Shown: positions 18,840 through 28,551, counted from the stretch's first letter. The stretch: DNA of 64,000 nt from an uncultured Pseudomonadales bacterium (GCA_964556485.1 CAZKVV010000004.1:57618-121617), one strand, 5' to 3'. A program made the numbers and translations. Notes: a model not told the origin generated them from the letters alone.

Positions 18840-19661
18840 TTAATTTTCCTCATCATCAACGTAGGTAATTTTTTTTGGATCACCGCTCAAAATGTTTAAA
18901 ATACGTCTTTCTATGGTTGGCAAGAAAGCTATCATATCAAATGATTCAGGCCTAATTAATTGACGTTCCGGATGTAATTCTCCAGAACTCGAAAATCGCT
19001 GTGAAATAAAAATGCTAGCGTACCTACCGGGTAAAGACAGCATCTCTTGACTTGTATCAACCCTCTTTGCGAGCATTTCATTTGTATGCATGAAGTGCAG
19101 CGCAACTGATCCAATTCGAAGTTCTTGTATAAGCAAGGAGGCTGCGCTTGGATAATCATAATCTTTGTTTTGCTCTCTGAGATCTCTGATGTGAATTCCG
19201 CCTTTATTGCAATGATTGGATCCGCCAATGAAGATACCGACAGAGCCAGGATTTTTTTTCATAACCATTTTTATATTATTTGCTATTGCAACGTCTCTTT
19301 CTGGATAGAGTCCAGGATCACCAACTATAGGTATATTTGCAGTATCTACAGCATGATATGGAATTCCATGTTCTAGACAGTACCTTACCACGTAATCATA
19401 ATGCTTCATTATGGTTGTATCACTAGCTTCAAGAAAAATCACAGGATTTCTATCAACTAAAGTCAGAACAGATTCAATAATTAGTTTAGAGTACTTCTTT
19501 GCGTCTATATCAAAGTGATTACCTTCGCCCAACATAATCACATCTGATGATCTTACAAGAGTGCCAAGTTGTTGATTCAAGGGAGCCAACTCATTTCTCA
19601 TTTGTGCAACTTGCTCCTGTTTGGCATTCTCGAAGCTTATGTTTAAAAAATCTTTTGTCAT
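18840..19661 (-). CDS. Hypothetical protein, EreA/ChaN/TraB-like fold
   Basis: VIMLGEGNH, IFLEA, RDVAIANNI, GGSNH motifs. Confidence 0.65.
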   Translation of the reverse strand: MTKDFLNISFENAKQEQVAQMRNELAPLNQQLGTLVRSSDVIMLGEGNHFDIDAKKYSKLIIESVLTLVDRNPVIFLEASDTTIMKHYDYVVRYCLEHGIPYHAVDTANIPIVGDPGLYPERDVAIANNIKMVMKKNPGSVGIFIGGSNHCNKGGIHIRDLREQNKDYDYPSAASLLIQELRIGSVALHFMHTNEMLAKRVDTSQEMLSLPGRYASIFISQRFSSSGELHPERQLIRPESFDMIAFLPTIERRILNILSGDPKKITYVDDEEN

Positions 19662-19796
19662 ACTTTTAAATAATATATATTATTCTTTACACCTGGCACC
19701 ATATTTTTTAATTGTCTTTGTAGTTCGAATCCTCGATGCGGGGAGAGCGTGGGACGAAATTGGAACTTTGTTAATCTAGTGATAGTATAGACTTTA

Positions 19797-20528
19797 ATGA
19801 ACTTATTTGAATCTGTCTTCACACGCCTAAAGCCCAAAGAACAACTTCCTTCAAAAGAGGCTTTTGCAAGTGTTAGAGAGAAATATGTCAAGAATCGCTC
19901 GCAGCACTACTATCAACTTTTAACAAAGGATGAAGATTTTATTACATTTCTAGAGTGGAAAACTGATTCAAGCTTTGCAGAAGTTGCTGAACAAGTTCGG
20001 GAACTCTCAAACTATTTAGCTCATTTTGAGTTAGGTATAACTTTAGTCCATAAAAAAATGGCTACTAAGTTTTCGAGTAGTGACATTGTTTTGTCTGCCG
20101 ACACTATAGCCGTTGATCATGATGCTTTTATGTATGCATCTAAAGATGCAGAAGTTGAAAAAAGATACCAAGGTAAGTACTTGTGTCAATTAAAGAAGGC
20201 ATTTGATTTAGCTTTTTCCCCGGAATCACTCGATAAAGTTAGGAATCATTGGGGCGTACCTGCAATTAGAACAGAAGATCTTTTTTTACTTATTGGTGTA
20301 GAAGAAGCTGCTCATAAACAGTACGATCAAAAAAGTAACAAAAATGCTCAAATATCTGAAGTTGACTCTCCTGATGAGTACCACATAACAGACATTGAGT
20401 TTAGAGCGCTTCTTTGGAAATTAAACATAGTGCTAAGATATTTTCCAGAATATGTTGATGCGTTTAAGAAATTCTTTTCAGAGAAAAAGAAGCAGCGGGC
20501 GGCACGTGGGGGAGTTGTTGGGAAATGA
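19797..20528 (+). CDS. Hypothetical protein, possible zincin-like (EExxH...E)
   Basis: 243-aa ORF; GVEEAAH then EFRA. Confidence 0.55.
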   Translation: MNLFESVFTRLKPKEQLPSKEAFASVREKYVKNRSQHYYQLLTKDEDFITFLEWKTDSSFAEVAEQVRELSNYLAHFELGITLVHKKMATKFSSSDIVLSADTIAVDHDAFMYASKDAEVEKRYQGKYLCQLKKAFDLAFSPESLDKVRNHWGVPAIRTEDLFLLIGVEEAAHKQYDQKSNKNAQISEVDSPDEYHITDIEFRALLWKLNIVLRYFPEYVDAFKKFFSEKKKQRAARGGVVGK

Positions 20529-20668
20529 TTTTTCTGCTAAGCAAGGGGGATTCGGGACTCGCTACTATTTGTAACTACTGGGTGAAGCTCTCATGCACTA
20601 AGCAGGAAGTTTGCAGGCTTCACTTCTTGTTGGTGCGAACTATTTTCCGCATTTTGCCACTTCGTCAT

Positions 20669-20698
20669 AAAAAAATACCCAAGTTGGGTATTTTTTTT
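20669..20698 (-). terminator. Terminator downstream of tRNA-Ser (bidirectional appearance)
   Basis: AAAAAAATACCCAA-G-TTGGGTATTTTTTT. Confidence 0.8.
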
Positions 20699-20699
20699 G

Positions 20700-20782
20700 C
20701 GGAGAGCGAGGGATTCGAACCCACGGGCCCCGAAGGGCGCGGTTTTCAAGACCGATGCGATTGACCACTCTGCCAGCTCTCC
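20700..20782 (-). tRNA. tRNA-Ser(TGA)
   Basis: GGAGAGC acceptor, CTTGAAA anticodon loop, long variable arm GCCCTTCGGGGC, GGTTCGAATCC. Confidence 0.93.
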
Positions 20783-20854
20783 ACGTGACAAGGGGTACAT
20801 TATAACCTTCCTTGTCTACTTTTTCGAGTCTCTTTTATAGTGTACACTTTACAT

Positions 20855-21595
20855 ATGGATAGTAATTCTCAACCAACATCACTGTTCGCAAACTCACCGG
20901 GTGTTGTGGTGTCAAATAATCCTGGTGGTGTACTGCCGATTCAACCTGCCCAACCTATACAATCACCTGCGCAAACACAACCAACCCAACAGATCCGAGA
21001 ATCGCAAGTTGTCCAACCAAGCCAGTCACTTCCCACAAACATCAGCGCGGATGAAGATGACTTGAACAACTATGAATATCAATCTATTTTTCCAGATTAT
21101 ATGAGACCAACACAAGAAGAATTAATTTTTGAGTGGCGCGCGGACAGCAGACCATTTAAAAAGCATAAGCGTAATTTTTATACTACTGGGACTGTAATTG
21201 TAGTGCTCATTTCTCTTATTCTTTTCTTCTCAGGTCAATTTTTACCTATCGCAGTGGTCATCGCAGTAACCTTTCTTGCTTACGTGTTAACCTCGATACC
21301 ACCTCAAGAAATCACTTATCAAGTTACCACGTTTGGCGTCCGTATCGAAGACAAATTGTATGAATGGGATCTGATGAACCGTTTTTGGTTTACCGAAAAA
21401 TACAGTCAAGAATTGGTGCACGTTGAAGTTGCGCAATTTCCAGAACGCCTCACACTTGTGCTAGGTGCAACCAGCAAAGATATCATTGCAGCACTTTTTT
21501 CGGAGGTGTTAATTATGCAAACGCCCGCACCAACAATCTATGAACGAGTTGCAGCTTGGTTACAAGAAAAAATCCCTCTAGATCTCGATTCATAA
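20855..21595 (+). CDS. Hypothetical membrane protein with P/Q-rich N-terminus and PH-like C-terminal domain
   Basis: Two TM helices after WRADSRPFKK; TACACT 6 nt before ATG. Confidence 0.7.
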   Translation: MDSNSQPTSLFANSPGVVVSNNPGGVLPIQPAQPIQSPAQTQPTQQIRESQVVQPSQSLPTNISADEDDLNNYEYQSIFPDYMRPTQEELIFEWRADSRPFKKHKRNFYTTGTVIVVLISLILFFSGQFLPIAVVIAVTFLAYVLTSIPPQEITYQVTTFGVRIEDKLYEWDLMNRFWFTEKYSQELVHVEVAQFPERLTLVLGATSKDIIAALFSEVLIMQTPAPTIYERVAAWLQEKIPLDLDS

Positions 21596-21631
21596 ACGTC
21601 ATTTCATTTGGTATAATATGAGCTTGTTATC

Positions 21632-21705
21632 GCGTCCATAGCTCAGTTGGATAGAGCATCAGTTTGCGGAATTGAAGGTCGCAGGTTCGAGCCCTGCTGG
21701 GCGCA
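21632..21705 (+). tRNA. tRNA-Arg(GCG)
   Basis: GCGTCCA acceptor, AGCTCAGTTGGATAGAGC, TCAGT-TTGCGGA-ATTGA, GGTTCGAGCCC. Confidence 0.92.
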
Positions 21706-21735
21706 CAACTTTTATTGAATTTCCCACAACTTCCT

Positions 21736-21824
21736 GGAGGGATGTCGGAGCGGTTTAACGGCCAGCTCTCGAAAAGCTTGGGGGACTCTGTCCCACGGGG
21801 GTTCGAATCCCCCTCCCTCCGCCA
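21736..21824 (+). tRNA. tRNA-Ser(CGA)
   Basis: GGAGGGA acceptor, CTCGAAA loop, long variable arm, GGTTCGAATCC, encoded CCA. Confidence 0.93.
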
Positions 21825-22298
21825 AAATAATTTTACTATAAGTGAGTTACTTTCAAATGTTTTTTACAAAAAGAAATGTAAGCCTTATGATCATCGTTTG
21901 AGAGTACTCTCAAATCATATGAATGCTCAGAAACAAGCCGAATTTGCTGACTTCTAATCCCATCAATTAAAGCGTCTAAAGACAACTAATAAATTACAGG
22001 ATCAACAGATTCGGATGTTTTGACGCTATTAATTAGCCATTCTCTTTTATCATTTTTCAACTCGATCAAAGCTATTTGAACTATTTGTTCTAAGAGGGAT
22101 TGCCGCACTTCGTTTTTCTGAATTGCTTTTTCATTCACAACACTGCTCTCAGAAAATCAAAATAACGATACAACCTCATACTACTGTTCAAAATGTGGAT
22201 AAATTGAGAAATATGTAGATTGAAATTATCTTTGTCGTTTTCTCCTTTACATCCCATACCCCCCAGGAGTATATTGCAGATAGCAACAAGGAGCAAAA

Positions 22299-23492
22299 AT
22301 GGATACCAATTCCCTAAATCAACAAGCGGTAACACTACATAGACAACACCAAGGAAAACTTGGAACAGTCGCACTTATTCCTGTCACAAGCAAAGAAGAT
22401 TTGTCATTGGCATATACGCCAGGTGTGGCAGAACCTTGCCGAGTGATCCAGAAAAATCCAGAAGAATCGTTTGCACTTACGTCTCGTGGTAGAACAGTCG
22501 CGGTTATTTCTGATGGTTCAGCAGTTTTAGGGCTGGGAAACATAGGTGCAGAGGCAGCAATGCCAGTTATGGAGGGTAAAGCTCTCCTGATGAAAACATT
22601 TGCTGGTATTGATGCGGTTCCACTCGTGATTAACACCCAAGAACCTGAAGAAATTATTCGTTTTGTGAAAGCTGTGGCACCAAGTTTTGTGGGAATTAAC
22701 TTAGAAGATATTGCCGCGCCAAATTGTTTTCAGGTTGAAGAAGCACTGCAAGATATTGGTATAGCGGTGTTTCATGACGATCAACATGGTACAGCTATCG
22801 TTGTGACAGCTGCACTGCAAAATGCGGCCAAAGTGGTAGGTAAAAAGTTTGAGGATCTGAGCGTTGTGGTCGTAGGCGCTGGTTCGGCAGGTATTGCGAT
22901 TTCACGGATGTTACTTGGTATTGAATGTATGACTGAAGGATGTAGCCTGGTTGATGGTGCTTGTTCAGTCAAAGATGTCATATTGGTAGATAGCCAAGGA
23001 GCAATTAGCAAATATCGCTCTGGCATGAATGTCTATAAACAAGTGATGGCAGGCTTTTCAAATAAAGAAGGAAAAACTGGTGATTTAGCTGCGGTTATTG
23101 GTGGCGCAGACGTGGTAATTGGAGTGTCTCGCCCAAATACCATCACAGCCGAGATGGTGAAAAGCATGGCAAAAGATGCCATAGTGTTTGCCCTAGCTAA
23201 TCCAGATTCAGAAATTTTGCCAGAAGTTGCCAGAGCTGCAGGTGCATCTGTGGTAGCAACCGGCAGAAGTGACTATCCTAATCAAATAAACAATGTGCTT
23301 GCATTTCCAGGTGTTTTTAAAGCAGTTGTAGATGGCAGACTGCCCAGAATTACAACGGTAATGAAACAAGCAGCTGCAAAAAAACTGGCACAGTTAGTAG
23401 AAAACCCTACGGCTGATCAAGTGTTACCAATGCCATTTTCGCCAGGTATTGCAGAAGCTGTGAGCCAAGCGATTCTCGCTGTAGCTGATTAG
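22299..23492 (+). CDS. NAD(P)-dependent malic enzyme
   Basis: AYTPGVA, DGSAVLGLGNIG, NLEDI, FHDDQHGT, GAGSAG, NQINNVLAFPG. Confidence 0.95.
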   Translation: MDTNSLNQQAVTLHRQHQGKLGTVALIPVTSKEDLSLAYTPGVAEPCRVIQKNPEESFALTSRGRTVAVISDGSAVLGLGNIGAEAAMPVMEGKALLMKTFAGIDAVPLVINTQEPEEIIRFVKAVAPSFVGINLEDIAAPNCFQVEEALQDIGIAVFHDDQHGTAIVVTAALQNAAKVVGKKFEDLSVVVVGAGSAGIAISRMLLGIECMTEGCSLVDGACSVKDVILVDSQGAISKYRSGMNVYKQVMAGFSNKEGKTGDLAAVIGGADVVIGVSRPNTITAEMVKSMAKDAIVFALANPDSEILPEVARAAGASVVATGRSDYPNQINNVLAFPGVFKAVVDGRLPRITTVMKQAAAKKLAQLVENPTADQVLPMPFSPGIAEAVSQAILAVAD

Positions 23493-23507
23493 TGCTACAA
23501 TTACGGC

Positions 23508-23909
23508 ATGAAGTATTCACACCTTGCTCAATTCTTTATTTTTTTAGCATTTGGTTTTTTTGTCTCGGGATGTTCGATAAACGTCGATCCAGCGACAGGC
23601 AAATACAGCTTAGAAGTTGATTGGAGCAGTATGATGAACTCTAACAAAAAAAAGACAGATGTGTGTGAAGTTTCAAACTGTCATGGCATGGAAGTGACTT
23701 GCGGTGAACCAGTTGAAGCCTGCACCATGGAATATGCACTCGGTGATTTTTGTAGAGATTTTGCTAGTTGTCAACTTAATGATGGGTATTGCGATTTGGA
23801 AAAACAACCCAGATTTGATAGTTGTGTGTCATGTGTAACAAAATGTTTAGAACTTGATCCCATTGATGGATTTGAGTGCGAAAATGAGTGCCGCTCGCAG
23901 TTGCTCTAA
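23508..23909 (+). CDS. Cysteine-rich lipoprotein
   Basis: Lipobox VSGC followed by 12 further Cys. Confidence 0.75.
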   Translation: MKYSHLAQFFIFLAFGFFVSGCSINVDPATGKYSLEVDWSSMMNSNKKKTDVCEVSNCHGMEVTCGEPVEACTMEYALGDFCRDFASCQLNDGYCDLEKQPRFDSCVSCVTKCLELDPIDGFECENECRSQLL

Positions 23910-23926
23910 GGTGCTAGAATATCCCC

Positions 23927-24502
23927 ATGATTGTTGTTTTAGCATCTCAGTCAAAACAGCGTAAAGCATTAATGGATTCTTTGGGAATCGAATATGTAGT
24001 GTCTCCCGCTGATGTTGATGAAAAGGCAATTACTCACCCAGACCCGTATGTTCGAGCCCAAATGGTCGCTGAAGCCAAAGCGCGCAAGGTGGCGCCACAG
24101 TTTCCCGATGCATGCATCATTTCTGCAGATACCTTTTTGCTCTATGGCGCTGAATGTTTAGAAAAGCCAAAAAGTAAGGTTGAGGCCAAAGAAATGTTGC
24201 AAAAAGTAGCAGGCAAAGAAGTTTTAACCATCTCCGGTGTCTGTTGTCTATTCACCAACACAGATGAGCTTTTTTCGCAAAGCATTACCACCATTTGTTT
24301 GTTTCGTGAATTAACCACAAAGCAGATTAATCACTATGTTAAACACAATTCTGTTACAGAGTGGTCTGGAGGTTTTTCGCCAGCATATCATGCTGGAGCC
24401 GCACTGATTGCAGATGTTTCAGGCTCACTTACCAGTTTTACTCACGGATTACCTATGGAGTTGGTTGCTCCACAGTTACAGAAGGCAGGATTACTCAAAT
24501 GA
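23927..24502 (+). CDS. maf: Maf family nucleotide pyrophosphatase
   Basis: LASQS..R, DVDE, KA, SADT, EKP, GLP. Confidence 0.88.
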   Translation: MIVVLASQSKQRKALMDSLGIEYVVSPADVDEKAITHPDPYVRAQMVAEAKARKVAPQFPDACIISADTFLLYGAECLEKPKSKVEAKEMLQKVAGKEVLTISGVCCLFTNTDELFSQSITTICLFRELTTKQINHYVKHNSVTEWSGGFSPAYHAGAALIADVSGSLTSFTHGLPMELVAPQLQKAGLLK

Positions 24503-24960
24503 GCAGCCAACTCAAAAAAAGATACCCATTTGTAACAGCTGTACACTGGTTTGCATTCAATCCTCAGGGTGAAGTCTTGCTATCCAGAAGATTTCAAACG
24601 GGGTATAAAGATGGTCAGTTTTCTTTACCAGCTGGACATGTTGAAGGTGGTGAAACAGCAACTGAGGCACTCATTCGTGAAGTTCGAGAAGAAGTGGGAG
24701 TTGTTCTTTCTCCTCAAGACTTGACGTTTGCACATGTGATGCATCGAAATAATGTAACAGAACCGTTTGAGCGGATTGATTTCTTTTTCACCACTCATAA
24801 TTTTGTAGGTGAGTTTGAAAATAAAGAACCACAAAAGTGTGATTTACTTGCTTGGTACCATCCAAACAAGTTACCTGCTACTATGGTTGAGTATGTGGAA
24901 AATGCGCTGGGGCAAGTTCTTCAAAAAAAAGCGTTTAGCGAATTTCTGGAAGAAATATAG
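24499..24960 (+). CDS. NUDIX hydrolase
   Basis: Nudix box GHVEGGETATEALIREVREEVG; ATGA overlap with maf. Confidence 0.92.
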   Translation: MSSQLKKRYPFVTAVHWFAFNPQGEVLLSRRFQTGYKDGQFSLPAGHVEGGETATEALIREVREEVGVVLSPQDLTFAHVMHRNNVTEPFERIDFFFTTHNFVGEFENKEPQKCDLLAWYHPNKLPATMVEYVENALGQVLQKKAFSEFLEEI

Positions 24961-26038
24961 CTTTCTTTCTCGACTCATTTTGATATCATTTTTTCTGGGA
25001 CTAAATGTTGCGTTGGGTAAAGGATTTGTTGATCAAAATCCCATTCGCATTCCTGCACCAATCTTGAGTTTGTTGCTACGCTTTGGCATTATTCCTGGAG
25101 AGAAAATTTTATTAGATAAACTCACTAATCCCTATGCACCTGAGATTGAGTTAAAAGCGCAAGACATCATAACGGTCATTAATGCTGAACGGGTTGCGAA
25201 AGCATTACCATCGCTCACTGAAAATGTGAAATTAGCATCAGTAGCAGCACAGTTGCTCAAAGAACTGAAAGATGACGATTTTGATCTTGAAGGTGATGGT
25301 TTTTCAAGCAATCTTGAAGCAAAGATGAAATCCGTTGGTTATTCATATAGCTGGGTTCATCATAACTCGTTGGTGGGTCCTCTCTCTGCCGAGGCAGCAC
25401 TTACCGCATGGTTGTCTGACGCAAAGCAGTCAGAAGCGTTGTTAAACAAGAATTTTACGGAAATTGGCTTAGCAACAATTGTTGAAGATACTAAGGTGAT
25501 GGGTAAAGCAGGGGTGATTGTCCAGTTGTTAGCACAACCTCAAGTAGTACCAGAGTTAGCTACGCCTTCAGCTGCAGCAGGTGTGGGCAAAGTTCAGCCT
25601 AAGCCGCCTCCAAAACTTGCTGAAATTGGTGATTATGACATTTTCACTGCGCTCAATGTCTACCGTCAGTCACATGGAGTGCACCAACTTACAGAAAATA
25701 AACATCTGTGTATATATGCTGAAAAAAGAGTGCAAGACTTAGTTGCTTTTGGTTCATTAGATGGACATCAGGGATTTCAAAAAGATTTTAGTAGTAACAA
25801 TAAGCCAGTAGGTATCAAAGATTATCCTGGACAAGGCATTGGTGAGAATTTAGCTTCGCAGTACTGTTTAAATGGTACAACTGGTGATGTTATTTATGCC
25901 ACCACTCCGCAGCAACTCATCGAGTGGTGTTTTGACTCCTCCCAAAGAGGGCATCGCGAAGCGCAACTTAATTCTGAGTATAACAACGTGTGTGTGAGGC
26001 ATGGCAACAACATGTATGTGGTTATTTTTGGTGAGTAA
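24902..26038 (+). CDS. Membrane-anchored protein with two CAP (SCP-like) domains
   Basis: N-terminal TM; INAER...FTEIGL and LNVYR...GENLA...GHREAQL. Confidence 0.8.
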   Translation: MRWGKFFKKKRLANFWKKYSFLSRLILISFFLGLNVALGKGFVDQNPIRIPAPILSLLLRFGIIPGEKILLDKLTNPYAPEIELKAQDIITVINAERVAKALPSLTENVKLASVAAQLLKELKDDDFDLEGDGFSSNLEAKMKSVGYSYSWVHHNSLVGPLSAEAALTAWLSDAKQSEALLNKNFTEIGLATIVEDTKVMGKAGVIVQLLAQPQVVPELATPSAAAGVGKVQPKPPPKLAEIGDYDIFTALNVYRQSHGVHQLTENKHLCIYAEKRVQDLVAFGSLDGHQGFQKDFSSNNKPVGIKDYPGQGIGENLASQYCLNGTTGDVIYATTPQQLIEWCFDSSQRGHREAQLNSEYNNVCVRHGNNMYVVIFGE

Positions 26039-26106
26039 TCATTTTATTTCTTGCTAGTTGTGTAACAAACACTAATCTGTAACTATGGTTGTAGTTATTG
26101 AGTTTT

Positions 26107-26481
26107 TTACCAAATTGTTTGTTGCTTCATAAAGCAGGTATTAGTGGTGAGGTTGATTCCAAGCTTCTTGGCGAGTGCTTCAGATTCTTCTGATTCTGCA
26201 CCCGGTTGCATCCAAACTTCAGTAATGCCCAGTTGAGCACATTCTTTCAGTACAGTGATACCTGCAGTTGGTGGTACTACGATGATAACTAACTCTGGAA
26301 CCTGTGGAAGGTCTGCAAGAGTGCTATAGAGTTGTTTATCAGCTATCTGACCGCCTTTGGGATTGATGCCTTCTACAGAGTATCCTGCAGCAAGCAAGTC
26401 AGACATAATTCTATTGCCGTACTTTTGAGGATCAGTTGAAGCGCCAACAACAGCAATACGAGTGTTTTGAGTAAATGACAT
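26107..26481 (-). CDS. CoA-binding domain protein (YccU-like)
   Basis: AVVGAS..KYG, INP, VWMQPGAES, C motif. Confidence 0.9.
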   Translation of the reverse strand: MSFTQNTRIAVVGASTDPQKYGNRIMSDLLAAGYSVEGINPKGGQIADKQLYSTLADLPQVPELVIIVVPPTAGITVLKECAQLGITEVWMQPGAESEESEALAKKLGINLTTNTCFMKQQTIW

Positions 26482-26507
26482 ACACTTAGTGTATACCATC
26501 AGATACC

Positions 26508-26536
26508 AAAGAGGCCACCCATTGGGTGGCCTCTTT
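26508..26536 (-). terminator. Terminator of the RRM gene
   Basis: AAAGAGGCCACCC-ATT-GGGTGGCCTCTTT. Confidence 0.85.
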
Positions 26537-26557
26537 TCAGTTCATAACAAAAAGATG

Positions 26558-26914
26558 TTAGTTTCTGCGGTAACCGCCACGGTTATTGTCTCGGCCGCCA
26601 CCACCAAAACTTCTCTGTGGTCTGAAACCACCACTTTCTCTTGGAGCTTGTGGGCGAGCAATGTTTACTACTAAAGCACGACCATCGATTTCTCGATTGT
26701 TAAGAGCTTCAATAGCTGCATTTGCTGCTGACTCTTCAGCGAATTCTACAAAACCGAAACCTTTTGATCGGCCACTCATTTTGTCAGTGATGAGAGTCAC
26801 ACTGGTTGTTTCACCAAACTCGGCTACGAGGTTAGCGATGTCGTCTTGGGTCATTGAGAACGGTAAGTTCCCGATGTAGACTTTTTTATTATTTTGTTCT
26901 TGAGAAGGTTGCAT
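26558..26914 (-). CDS. RRM (RNP-1) RNA-binding protein
   Basis: VYIGNL (RNP2), KGFGFVEF (RNP1), Gly/Arg-rich tail. Confidence 0.95.
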   Translation of the reverse strand: MQPSQEQNNKKVYIGNLPFSMTQDDIANLVAEFGETTSVTLITDKMSGRSKGFGFVEFAEESAANAAIEALNNREIDGRALVVNIARPQAPRESGGFRPQRSFGGGGRDNNRGGYRRN

Positions 26915-27025
26915 TGTGCCCTTTTCAACAAGTGTCGCTAGACTAAACGACAATTATTTTTATATACACTGACACGTTGCCTGAAATACTATGATCACGA
27001 GGAAAGGCCAAGTCTATGACTCTAC

Positions 27026-27054
27026 ATTATACAGCAAAGTATGCAATTTGTCAG
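27026..27054 (-). promoter_or_regulatory. sigma70 promoter of the RRM gene
   Basis: CTGACA-N17-TATAAT about 110 nt upstream of the start. Confidence 0.6.
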
Positions 27055-27073
27055 GTCCAGTTGAGTTTTATGG

Positions 27074-28150
27074 CTACTTTTCCCCGAAAAAAGCTTTGAT
27101 TCCAGGAATGCGTACAGCAACAAAAGTGACCGCAAAAGAGATCGAGAGTGCCAGAACACTTCGCTCTAGCAAGTACTGCAGCAGTGGCTTATTTAAAAGT
27201 TCAATGGCATAGTCATATCTAAGATCGAGTATGTTTAAGACACAGACGTGAATGAGGTACATGCCAAATGCAGACTTTGCAATCTGGGAAACAGCAGTTT
27301 TTGCCAAGTCTGGTACTTTTGTAAACGTTCCAGTAACGAGCAGTGAAAATAAGCCAACAGATAACAGCACCACATTTGGGCTGAGGAATACGTCAAAGTA
27401 CGAAGTGCCACTGCCTTGCCAAAATGTACGAACTTCTTTGCCAAGCATGTCCAAACTAATGTATCCCAAGGCCAGCGTGGCAAGGTAGCCCACTCCAAAA
27501 AGAGTCACCGCTGTTTTAGGTGCAAGGGTTTTTTGAGCAAACACCCCGCCAAGTAAAAAGTACCCAGCATAGGGAATCCATAGCGTAAACGAGTTAAACA
27601 GGGTTTGACCTGGAATCACAAAATACTGAAGCCAATACATCAACACGCCAACGCACATAAATACCACTGCTGCTTTTGTAAGTGAAGATACAGACCAGCG
27701 GGAATATGCCAATCGAAACACTGGCAACAGCAAGTAGAGTCCCACCATAATTACCAAAAAATAGAGATGGAACATGTTTGAAAGAATCAGCATTTGAAGC
27801 ATCTCAGGCACAGGGTGGGGTTTACTCAAAAAGTGTCCTTCCCACAAACCATAAAAAACAAACCAAGCCAGCAGTGGAATAACGATTCTAAATATAACCC
27901 TAGAAAGTATTCTCGGAAAGGACTCTTTCTTTGGCAGTAATAAGTAGCCACTCAGCATGATAAACATCGGGATTGAGGACCGGGCAAATGCGCTGAGCGC
28001 ATTTGCAATCCACCAGGTTGTGCCACCCAAGAAATCTGGTCGACTATACACAGGATATAGCAAATGAATTCCTATAGCACCCAAAATGGCAACAAAGCGA
28101 ATTGCATCTGCAAAGAATAGTCTATTTGAAGTGGTGTCACTATCTTTCAT
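27074..28150 (-). CDS. Acyltransferase family 3 membrane protein
   Basis: DAIRFVAI..IH, IPMFIMLSGY, FHLYFL, FGMYLIH. Confidence 0.9.
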   Translation of the reverse strand: MKDSDTTSNRLFFADAIRFVAILGAIGIHLLYPVYSRPDFLGGTTWWIANALSAFARSSIPMFIMLSGYLLLPKKESFPRILSRVIFRIVIPLLAWFVFYGLWEGHFLSKPHPVPEMLQMLILSNMFHLYFLVIMVGLYLLLPVFRLAYSRWSVSSLTKAAVVFMCVGVLMYWLQYFVIPGQTLFNSFTLWIPYAGYFLLGGVFAQKTLAPKTAVTLFGVGYLATLALGYISLDMLGKEVRTFWQGSGTSYFDVFLSPNVVLLSVGLFSLLVTGTFTKVPDLAKTAVSQIAKSAFGMYLIHVCVLNILDLRYDYAIELLNKPLLQYLLERSVLALSISFAVTFVAVRIPGIKAFFGEK

Positions 28151-28187
28151 AATACAGATTATACATAGGAAACTGAGTAAAAATAAC

Positions 28188-28225
28188 GCAACAATGTTGC
28201 TTTATTTAGCGTTCTGCGTTATGAT
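28188..28225 (+). promoter_or_regulatory. Promoter with overlapping GCAAC-N3-GTTGC operator
   Basis: GCAACAATGTTGC 28188-28200 flanked by AAATAA/TTATTT, overlapping TTGCTT-N17-TATGAT. Confidence 0.7.
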
Positions 28226-28257
28226 ATCTAACATACTTGTTATTCAAAGGAAAATAT

Positions 28258-28551
28258 ATGTCATCACCAGACTTAATCAATGTCAATCATCATTCAGCTC
28301 ATCCCCATGTTTGTTCTGCATGTAGGAGGGGTTTAATGGGTGAACCAGGCGCACATGCCAGATTAATGGAACTTGAAGATACATTAGGATTAGAATTTGA
28401 TGGCCCTTTAGCATCTCAAGTAATTGCGCTCATCGAGCACATGACCGCAGAAGCATATAGTGAATTGCTTCAGGCAGTAGAGAAACATTCGTTAGCAGCA
28501 TTAATTCAATTGATTGCACTACAAAATGAAGATAGTCAATTAGAGGTCTAA
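28258..28551 (+). CDS. Small His/Cys-rich putative metal-binding protein (97 aa)
   Basis: HHSAHPHVCSAC motif; AAGGA SD before ATG 28258. Confidence 0.7.
   Translation: MSSPDLINVNHHSAHPHVCSACRRGLMGEPGAHARLMELEDTLGLEFDGPLASQVIALIEHMTAEAYSELLQAVEKHSLAALIQLIALQNEDSQLEV

Noticed and set aside
20525-21957. Short ORFs 20525-20764, 20591-20800 and 21715-21957
   Set aside because: They overlap tRNA genes
21830-22290. Possible decayed gene after the tRNA pair (YYCSKCG fragment)
   Set aside because: Multiple stops and too little signal to assign; left unannotated
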